A stretch of DNA of 64,000 nt. Source: Bacteroidales bacterium (GTDB lineage: Bacteria; Bacteroidota; Bacteroidia; Bacteroidales; UBA1715). This document shows, one piece after another, positions 40,318 to 47,802 of this stretch (the first letter of the stretch is position 1; every line of letters starts with the position of its first letter). The translations under genes were made by a program, and so were the position numbers. The notes under the pieces are model-generated. The model worked only from the letters and a program-made list of their open reading frames with translations, did not search any database and had not been told where the DNA came from. Location: the NCBI GenBank assembly GCA_024409235.1, contig JAKSUA010000002.1, positions 2,385-66,384 of the forward strand, read 5' to 3'.

Positions 40318-41250
40318 ATGAACACAAACGAACTCATAGATAAATACCTTACAAACGAAGCAACAGCCGAAGAACATAAGGCTTTGCTCCAATACATACA
40401 TGAAAGCGAAGAAAATAAAAAAGAATTTTCCGATGCTTGTCAACTATGGTATTCACTACATTCAAATAAATTCAATAATACAAAAGCCTTTGAGAAATTT
40501 ACAAAACAAACGAAAGCGAAAACAATTTCTTTATGGCAAAAGCTAAGTGCTGCCGCAGCCGTTGCAACAATAATTATCATCACCTGTTTTTCCATATTCA
40601 ACAAACAGGAAATCAACAACATAACCATTGCTAACAACGAAAAATATACAAAAGCAGTTACCTTGCCAGATGGTTCTGCAATCTTTTTGCACAAAAATTC
40701 ATCGGTTACCTATCCGGAACAATTTGCAAGCAACAACAGAACAATTTCAATTACAGGAAACGTATTTTGTGAAATCACACGCAATGAATCTGCCCCATTC
40801 ACATTAACAAGCAATAAGTTATCCATCAATGTTTTAGGAACATCATTTCAAGTAAACACAATCGACAGCACATACGTTATTGTAGAATCAGGCAAAGTAA
40901 AAGTTACACATGAAAATCAATCTGTTACACTGGAAAAAGGACAACGAACAGATTTAAGAAACAGCAAACTTACCTCTTCAGAAAACACCGACCTAAATTT
41001 TCTATCCTGGAAAACAGGCATTTTACAATTCAGAAACACAACTTTACCAAAAGTTTTCTCAGATATTTCACGCCATTACAATTGTGAATTTACAATTAAC
41101 AATGACTGTACAGGTATAGCAACAACTAGCCTAACCGGTTCATACCAAGACTTAAAGATAGACCAAGTTCTACAAATGATTGAAATGGCAATACCAGAAT
41201 TTCATTACGAAATTCACAACAACGAAATCATAGTAAGCACAAACAAATAA
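40318..41250 (+). CDS. FecR-family anti-sigma factor (FecR + DUF4974-type C-terminal domain)
   Basis: It has an N-terminal anti-sigma helix region and a single TM (AAAVATIIIITCFSIF). The FecR core reads VTLPDGSAIFLHKNSSVTY...NVLGTSFQVNT. The C-terminus reads LQFRNTTLPKVFSDISRHYNCEF...IIVS. The ATG at 40318 is preferred over the TTG at 40300. Confidence 0.9.
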   Translation: MNTNELIDKYLTNEATAEEHKALLQYIHESEENKKEFSDACQLWYSLHSNKFNNTKAFEKFTKQTKAKTISLWQKLSAAAAVATIIIITCFSIFNKQEINNITIANNEKYTKAVTLPDGSAIFLHKNSSVTYPEQFASNNRTISITGNVFCEITRNESAPFTLTSNKLSINVLGTSFQVNTIDSTYVIVESGKVKVTHENQSVTLEKGQRTDLRNSKLTSSENTDLNFLSWKTGILQFRNTTLPKVFSDISRHYNCEFTINNDCTGIATTSLTGSYQDLKIDQVLQMIEMAIPEFHYEIHNNEIIVSTNK

Positions 41251-41274
41251 ATTGCCAGATTTATATTACAATTC

Positions 41275-41298
41275 TGAACAAATTCGTACATTGTCGTC
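41275..41298 (+). promoter_or_regulatory. candidate ECF-type promoter (TGAAC-N15-CGTC)
   Basis: TGAAC at 41275-41279 and CGTC at 41295-41298, with the CGTC 19 nt before the ATG at 41317. It resembles the generic ECF AAC/CGT promoter grammar. No TAnnTTTG box is present in this gap. Confidence 0.3.
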
Positions 41299-41316
41299 AA
41301 TTTATTCAGATGACCG

Positions 41317-42588
41317 ATGTTTTTTAAAAAGTGCATATTAACAATCTCAGCAATCCTTGCTATTACTGCACTACATGCACAAACAAAGGGAGAAATCACT
41401 TATAAGGCAACAAACAAAACAATACCAGAAATACTTCAAGGCATAGAAAACGTATGCCCTTACCGATTCTCATACAACAGCGACATTTTCGATCAAAACA
41501 CCTCAAAAACTGTATCTTTCAACCTAACGCCCATAGAAACCTGCTTAAATAGCGTTTTAGGGCCATCCTACGCATTTTCAATTATCGGAAGCCAGATTAT
41601 CATAACGGAAAAGAAAACGCCTTCTACCACTGTTAAAAAGCAAAATGAGACGAAAAAAGAAAATATTGTTACTGTTTATGACACCATTCCTGTTTACGAA
41701 CATATAACAATTGTAGATACTCTGGTTGAAAAAATACAAGTAGTTGATACTTTACAACGCATACGTACTGTCACCTTACATCGGTACGAAACTAATTTCT
41801 TACATACCGGTGAATCAAGCAATACACTCACTGTAAACACAGGCTTGTTGGCAAACGCAATAAGATTCTATAATGGAAATACTTACGGCAATGAACTGCA
41901 GAAACTTCACAGACCAGCATTAAGTTTTGATTTCCAAGTAAATATATCCTTCAAACGAAAACAATTAATCACACAAACTGGATTAAATCTGTATAACTTC
42001 AGACTTGAAAATTCATTTACTACAACATCATATATTGATGATCCACAAATCACTTATACAGACACTGTTTGGCACTGGATTTACAAAGAAATATTTACAT
42101 ACTACAAATTCAACGAAAGCAATGATTCTGTTGCAATTACAGCACTTGATTCAACCTATACTTACACTCTTTTAACCCACCCGAAAAAAATAGAGACCTA
42201 CACGGAAAAGCTTTCAACTTTATCGTGGCATTATGCTTCCATCCCATTTGGCATAGGCTATCATCACAATATAACCAACACGTTTTCTATTCAACCATTC
42301 TTTTTAGTGAATGCAATGATTTTAGTTTCAGCAAAAGGTGAAATACCAAACAGTACATTTTCCAACACATATCCACTAAAAGATTTGTTAAAGCCATTCA
42401 ATCTGTCTGCTACACTTGCTTGTAACATATTGTATTCCATAGAAAAGCAATACTCAGTTTCAATAAAACCTTTTGTATCTTGTGCGCCTTCAATATTCAA
42501 AAACGAAAATATAGGATTTCAAGGATTGTTAACAACATTCGGTATGGAATGGGGAATCAGTTATACTATTCCAAATGGCAAATATTAA
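41317..42588 (+). CDS. STN-domain outer-membrane beta-barrel protein (not a TonB-dependent receptor)
   Basis: 423 aa with signal peptide ...ITALHA|QTKGE. The STN-like module reads ITYKATNKTIPEILQGIENVCPYRFSYNSDIF...KTVSFNLTPIETCLNSVLGPSYAFSIIGSQIIIT. A T/K-rich linker follows. The remaining ~250 aa have beta-strand periodicity and end in an aromatic residue (...PNGKY). No plug or TonB-box-like region was seen. Confidence 0.65.
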   Translation: MFFKKCILTISAILAITALHAQTKGEITYKATNKTIPEILQGIENVCPYRFSYNSDIFDQNTSKTVSFNLTPIETCLNSVLGPSYAFSIIGSQIIITEKKTPSTTVKKQNETKKENIVTVYDTIPVYEHITIVDTLVEKIQVVDTLQRIRTVTLHRYETNFLHTGESSNTLTVNTGLLANAIRFYNGNTYGNELQKLHRPALSFDFQVNISFKRKQLITQTGLNLYNFRLENSFTTTSYIDDPQITYTDTVWHWIYKEIFTYYKFNESNDSVAITALDSTYTYTLLTHPKKIETYTEKLSTLSWHYASIPFGIGYHHNITNTFSIQPFFLVNAMILVSAKGEIPNSTFSNTYPLKDLLKPFNLSATLACNILYSIEKQYSVSIKPFVSCAPSIFKNENIGFQGLLTTFGMEWGISYTIPNGKY

Positions 42589-45079
42589 GAACATACTATT
42601 CATTCTTCTATTTTCGACCTATACTTTAAATAGCATAGCACAAAAAAGCTATTTTTCGGGTGGTTACGACTACTCCGTTTATATTTGTGGAGACAAATCG
42701 GTACAATCATGGGGTGATAATTATTATGGTCAACTTGGACGTCCGATTTCCTCTGGAAATTTTTCCAGTCCGAACACTATTCCACAATTAAAGGATGTTA
42801 TCAGCATTGATGCCGGATTAGGTAACTTCTGCTGTGCTTTAACATCCTCTGGACATGTTCTTTCTTGGGGACATAACTTTTACGGTGAACTTGGAACAGG
42901 AAAAGCATGTTCCGATGTTTGCAAGCAATACACTGCAGACACAGTACTTGGTGGAGAAACAGGTACAAAATACCTTGAAAATGTAACAGCAATTGCTGTA
43001 GGACAAACACACGTTTATGCCCTACTTAAAACTGGCGAAGTTGTTTCCTGGGGAAACAATGATTATGGACAATTAGGAAACGGTAGCTTTGAATCAAAAC
43101 TTGAACCTGTTTATGTTAAAACAAACGAAAACAACCACTTACAGAAAATAAAAATGATTGCAGCTGGCGGAAATCATGGCTATGCCCTTTCGGACAACGG
43201 CAACGTATTTGCATGGGGAAACAATCAAACAAATCAACTTGGATGCGGAAATACAGAACAACAATGCTTTCCTCAACTTGTTGTCGATAAAAACGGCGTA
43301 AGCATTTCAAACATAACACAGATTGACGGAGGTATGTTTTTTGGTTTAATGCTTCATTCCAGCCAAATGGTTTATGGAGTTGGAGCATATAAAGGAACCC
43401 ATTCAAACGAAGACGGAACACGTTATAAAACAAATACATACGCTGAATTTATATCAGGAGGAGAAACACCAAATTACTGTTTAGAAAATGTAGTATCAAT
43501 TTCCGCAGGATTTTCTCATTCACTTGCTATTGTACAAGAAAAAAACAAATATCATGTTGTTTCCTGGGGCGACAACCGATTCGAAAAAATTACAGCAGCC
43601 CATGGCGGTCAGATTGGAAACGGGAATTACACTAACGAACAATTCCTTACCCCTGTGTACATGAAAACATCTGCATCGACTAAAATAGATAATGCTGTAA
43701 AAATCCAAGCAGGATGCGGTGTTTCGTATATAGAAACATACGACGAAGATAAACAAGAAAGTAAATTCCTTATATGCGGATGCAACGACGATGGCAAACT
43801 TGGACTTGGAGATAATATTGACAGATATTTTGCAACAGAACTTCCTTACGTATGCAATCCATATTGTGCATCTTACTCATTAGGAAAAGACAAAACACTC
43901 TGTAATCCAATCTCTTATGAAATAACCACACCATACACTTCTTCCTCATTCAATATACAATGGTTCAAAGACAGTATTTTAGTAAACGACACTTCTAATT
44001 CGCTCTTAATAAATAGTCCTGGTATATACACTATTCACATTTCTGATAAAACAGAAGATTGCCCAGACATTACTAGCTCCATTTCTATAAAAGAAAAAAA
44101 CACTGAATTCCAACCACTTAACATATCTTTTAATAGTGATGAAATAACATTCAAAGTTATTGGTGATGGAACATTCAATTGGTATAATGCCCGAAACGGA
44201 TATAAAATTGGAAGCGGAAAAACAATTACAACCTCAAAATATTTTTGTGAAGAAATCATTGCCGACAGTATTTACCAATTATGGGTAGAACACGAAAATG
44301 AATGTCAACCTATTCCGTTGCAAAGCATAAAAAAGACAAATTGTGATTTACCTGCACCATTTATATCCGACACTACACTCTGCCACAATCGCGAATACAC
44401 AATAACATCGTCATACGACAGCCTTGTATGGTATAATGACAAATCCTTTGAAAACCCTATTGCTCTTAATGATTTTGTTCTACAGCCGAATGAAATAAAC
44501 GCCTATACCTTTTATATAACCCAAATAAAAGACCGATGTGAAAGTGAAGCTTCTTCTACTCTATTTTCGCTTCAATACTGCGATCCATGGTACTATGTTT
44601 CGGGAATAGTTACAAATGATTTCGGAAATCCAATAAACAATTCTACTGTTTATTTATTTTGTGACGAAGACAAAACTCCTGTTGATTCCTGCATTAGTGA
44701 TGAAAACGGATGTTTTACACTCATTACCCATAACTGCATAGGTACAATACTTGCAAAATCTCCAAACACAACTTATAACGATACTTGGTCGGGAAACAAA
44801 ACGTATAAAGAACAAGCCTATAAATTCTTTATCGATGCCGATATAAAATACATTGAGATCAACCTTATCTCAAAAGTCACCGACATTGAAGCTTTATCAT
44901 CCTCAATTACTTGGGAAAGCATAAAAAACATTACAATTTATTCTTTGGCAGGTAAAAAGTTAGGAAGCTTCAAGCCCGAAGAGAACTTCTACAACAAAAT
45001 AAAATCCTACGAAAATCCTCTAATTATTATAACAGAATATAATTCGGGAGAAAAAAGAAGTCATATTCTCATAAAATAG
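42575..45079 (+). CDS. RCC1-repeat beta-propeller protein with Cys-rich Ig-like modules, CRD-like domain and probable T9SS CTD
   Basis: 834 aa with signal ...LNSIA|QKS. RCC1 signatures include SWGDNYYGQLG, SWGHNFYGELG, SWGNNDYGQLG, AWGNNQTNQLG, SWGDNRFEKI and CGCNDDGKLGLG. Three modules contain W[FY][KN] (IQWFKD, FNWYNA, LVWYND). A CRD-like segment reads VSGIVTNDFGNPINNSTVYLF. The C-terminus reads ITIYSLAGKKLGSF...NPLIIITEYNSGEKRSHILIK. The gene overlaps the upstream gene by 14 nt. Confidence 0.8.
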   Translation: MANIKNILFILLFSTYTLNSIAQKSYFSGGYDYSVYICGDKSVQSWGDNYYGQLGRPISSGNFSSPNTIPQLKDVISIDAGLGNFCCALTSSGHVLSWGHNFYGELGTGKACSDVCKQYTADTVLGGETGTKYLENVTAIAVGQTHVYALLKTGEVVSWGNNDYGQLGNGSFESKLEPVYVKTNENNHLQKIKMIAAGGNHGYALSDNGNVFAWGNNQTNQLGCGNTEQQCFPQLVVDKNGVSISNITQIDGGMFFGLMLHSSQMVYGVGAYKGTHSNEDGTRYKTNTYAEFISGGETPNYCLENVVSISAGFSHSLAIVQEKNKYHVVSWGDNRFEKITAAHGGQIGNGNYTNEQFLTPVYMKTSASTKIDNAVKIQAGCGVSYIETYDEDKQESKFLICGCNDDGKLGLGDNIDRYFATELPYVCNPYCASYSLGKDKTLCNPISYEITTPYTSSSFNIQWFKDSILVNDTSNSLLINSPGIYTIHISDKTEDCPDITSSISIKEKNTEFQPLNISFNSDEITFKVIGDGTFNWYNARNGYKIGSGKTITTSKYFCEEIIADSIYQLWVEHENECQPIPLQSIKKTNCDLPAPFISDTTLCHNREYTITSSYDSLVWYNDKSFENPIALNDFVLQPNEINAYTFYITQIKDRCESEASSTLFSLQYCDPWYYVSGIVTNDFGNPINNSTVYLFCDEDKTPVDSCISDENGCFTLITHNCIGTILAKSPNTTYNDTWSGNKTYKEQAYKFFIDADIKYIEINLISKVTDIEALSSSITWESIKNITIYSLAGKKLGSFKPEENFYNKIKSYENPLIIITEYNSGEKRSHILIK

Positions 45080-45081
45080 AC

Positions 45082-47802
45082 CTATAGGAAACGCATTTCC
45101 ACCCTTCTATTTTTAGCTCGTCCCTCAACTGTTTCATTTGTTGCCGCAGGTTTTGTTTCACCATATCCAACCACTTCGAATAATGATGCACTACAGCCTT
45201 CATTAACCAAAAAAGCCTTTACAGCCTCAGCTCTGCGTAACGACAATGCCATATTGTAATCATCATCACCATTACTATCCGTATGCCCCGCTATTTCTAC
45301 GCGAAGATTATTTTTTGCAATTATTTTCGCAACTCTTCGCAACTCCGGAATTGAATAGGAAAGCAATTCACTCTTATCATTATCAAAGAATAAATTATTT
45401 AACCGAACAGAAGTGTTTTGTTCCTTCATTTCTTTATACGAAGTTACAGTAATATTTTTGGTCACCGTCTGGGCAGTCTTTCCTTCCGTCAAATCAATGT
45501 TTTGAGACTGTGGATAATAACGTTCATCATCTACATAATATCCATACATTTTACCATTAGGAAGAACGCTAAAGTACTTTCCATCCACAGGATTCGATTT
45601 TGATTTTTCAATAACATCTCCAGATGACAAATCTTCCCATACAATTTGAGTTTCCACAGCATTACCTTGATTGTCTGTTATCTGCCCCATTACATTTACA
45701 ACAGCTTCTGGTCTAAATTTTTCGGGAATTGTAATTGAAAACAAATCATTCTGCTTTGCACCATTTTCACGTGCGGCAAAATAGAAATCCTTTCCATTTG
45801 GAGCAATACGATATCCCCAATCCTCTTCTGAAGAATTTATTTCTTTTCCTAAGTTAACCGGTTTACTCCAACAATCCCAACAAGTATCAGCAAGACGAGT
45901 TGAAACAAATACATCCAAATTACCCAAACCTCCATGTCCATCCGAACTGAAATACAACGTTTTCATATCATGATGAAGATAAGGACTACGTTCCACATAC
46001 ATTGTATTGATCGTTGGTCCTAAATTAATCGGCTTACTCCATCCATTGTCTGTTTTCAGAGAAACATAAATATCCGACTGGTGATGAATTGCCCCATGAT
46101 AAACTCCAAGACTTGCATTCTGTCTAGTGTATAAATTATAGCCTTCCTCACGTACAGAAGCAAAAATAATTGCATTTCCATCGCTCGTTATCATAGCATC
46201 AGCAGACCATTTTGCATTATTAATTTCCGGAGAAACATTAACTCCTTCCTCCCATCCGTAGTATGTTTTTTCAGAAGAAAGAATTACTCCTTCTTTAAAA
46301 TACAACATTTTCGTACCATCGGTACTTATGCTTATAACTGCTTCATTGCTTACTGGCGACGACAATTCGCTGACTAATCTCGGTGTTCCCCAATCGCCAT
46401 TAGTCCATTCCGAAACAAAAATATCTTCCGTTTTTCCAACGTTATCCGGTCGATTTTTCCCACAGAAGTACAAAAACTGATTATCTGCAGTAATTATTGG
46501 AGAATATTCGCCGCCTTCTTTCGTATTAATAACCTCCGACAATTCCTTCACCGAAATAGACTTATCAACAGACGACGACAAAATTCTCAGTAAATCATTG
46601 ATTCTCTTATCATTTTTACCAAAATACGATTTATAATTATTTACAGTTTTTATTGCGTTTCTCCAATTTTTTGCAGCAATATCATTTGATATCATTTTCT
46701 GCAAAGCAACAAAAGCCTTCTCTTTTGGAGCTGCTAGCTTCACATATTCTGAAAACAATCTAAAGGATTTCACGGAATCATACGGCTCAATAAAATCCAA
46801 AGCATCACCTTTTCCTGCAATCTTAAAGTCCTTTGCTATCAAACTATCCAAGAAAGTACGCGGATACATATCAACAAACGTATATAACGTATAAGTTTCT
46901 CCATCCTGCGTAAATTCCTTATAAAATTCAGTCAGAGCATATTCAAAATCTATATCACGGCTATACTCCACAGTTTTCTGCATTAACGGAAGATTCTTTT
47001 CTGATTTCGCTATATCCAACATCTTTCTTAAAGCGATAACAGTCAATTTATTATCAGGACTTGCTTTAACAAACTGTTCATACTCTTTATAATCACCACT
47101 CCCCGATTTTTCAGAAAAAATCTTATCCACATATTTCTGCTGAATTTCAGGAACATATTCACTTTTGGGATAATTTTTAAGAAAATTCATGAAAGCTTCA
47201 CACGAATTTTTACGCATTGTTTCTTCGTAAGCCAATTTATCACGGCGTTTTACAGCAAGTGCTGCTTCATGAGCTTCCGGATACAATGAAATAAAATCCT
47301 GATATGCTTCCACCGTATTTTTTTGTAATGCATTGTTATATGCCAAAGTATTTCTATAAGTCACAACAGTTTCCTGCAAAGTTGCCGACGCCTTCTTATA
47401 CTTTTGTAGAAAAACATTGCATTTTTCTATTGAATTTGACTTTATAGTGATTTCATACAATTTTTGGCAAACCGAATCTAACTGAACCTGCACCTTTTTC
47501 GGAGTCATATACTTTGAATACTTCTCACGTTCCGCCGGTGTCATTTTGCTCAGTTCATTTTTTGTCACTAACAAATAAGAATAAGCCTTGTCATAATCAT
47601 ATTTAGAATAAGCAGAATTTGAAAACATCAAGCTCGCAACATGATTATACACAGCATCTTTCGGCTGTTTTTGCAATCCTGGCAAGACTTTCTTTTCTAG
47701 TTTTTCCCACTCCTGAGCCTTATACAAATTATAAATTGACTCTTGAGCCAATGCACTATACAAGCAGAACAGCGAAAACAGCAAGACTAATATCTTTTTC
47801 AT
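45082..47802 (-). CDS. OmpA-family peptidoglycan-binding protein with TPR, TolB-like beta-propeller and CRD-like domains (PorE-like architecture)
   Basis: 906 aa with signal ...YSALA|QES. The N-terminal part is helical-repeat. PD40/TolB-like repeats are present (YSPIITADNQFLYF, ...SPYLHHDMKTLYFSS, YRIAPNGKDFYFA). A CRD-like segment reads VMGQITDNQGNAVETQIVWED. The OmpA_C domain reads RVEIAGHTDSNGDDDYNMALSLRRAEAV...NRRVEMRF. Confidence 0.85.
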   Translation of the reverse strand: MKKILVLLFSLFCLYSALAQESIYNLYKAQEWEKLEKKVLPGLQKQPKDAVYNHVASLMFSNSAYSKYDYDKAYSYLLVTKNELSKMTPAEREKYSKYMTPKKVQVQLDSVCQKLYEITIKSNSIEKCNVFLQKYKKASATLQETVVTYRNTLAYNNALQKNTVEAYQDFISLYPEAHEAALAVKRRDKLAYEETMRKNSCEAFMNFLKNYPKSEYVPEIQQKYVDKIFSEKSGSGDYKEYEQFVKASPDNKLTVIALRKMLDIAKSEKNLPLMQKTVEYSRDIDFEYALTEFYKEFTQDGETYTLYTFVDMYPRTFLDSLIAKDFKIAGKGDALDFIEPYDSVKSFRLFSEYVKLAAPKEKAFVALQKMISNDIAAKNWRNAIKTVNNYKSYFGKNDKRINDLLRILSSSVDKSISVKELSEVINTKEGGEYSPIITADNQFLYFCGKNRPDNVGKTEDIFVSEWTNGDWGTPRLVSELSSPVSNEAVISISTDGTKMLYFKEGVILSSEKTYYGWEEGVNVSPEINNAKWSADAMITSDGNAIIFASVREEGYNLYTRQNASLGVYHGAIHHQSDIYVSLKTDNGWSKPINLGPTINTMYVERSPYLHHDMKTLYFSSDGHGGLGNLDVFVSTRLADTCWDCWSKPVNLGKEINSSEEDWGYRIAPNGKDFYFAARENGAKQNDLFSITIPEKFRPEAVVNVMGQITDNQGNAVETQIVWEDLSSGDVIEKSKSNPVDGKYFSVLPNGKMYGYYVDDERYYPQSQNIDLTEGKTAQTVTKNITVTSYKEMKEQNTSVRLNNLFFDNDKSELLSYSIPELRRVAKIIAKNNLRVEIAGHTDSNGDDDYNMALSLRRAEAVKAFLVNEGCSASLFEVVGYGETKPAATNETVEGRAKNRRVEMRFL

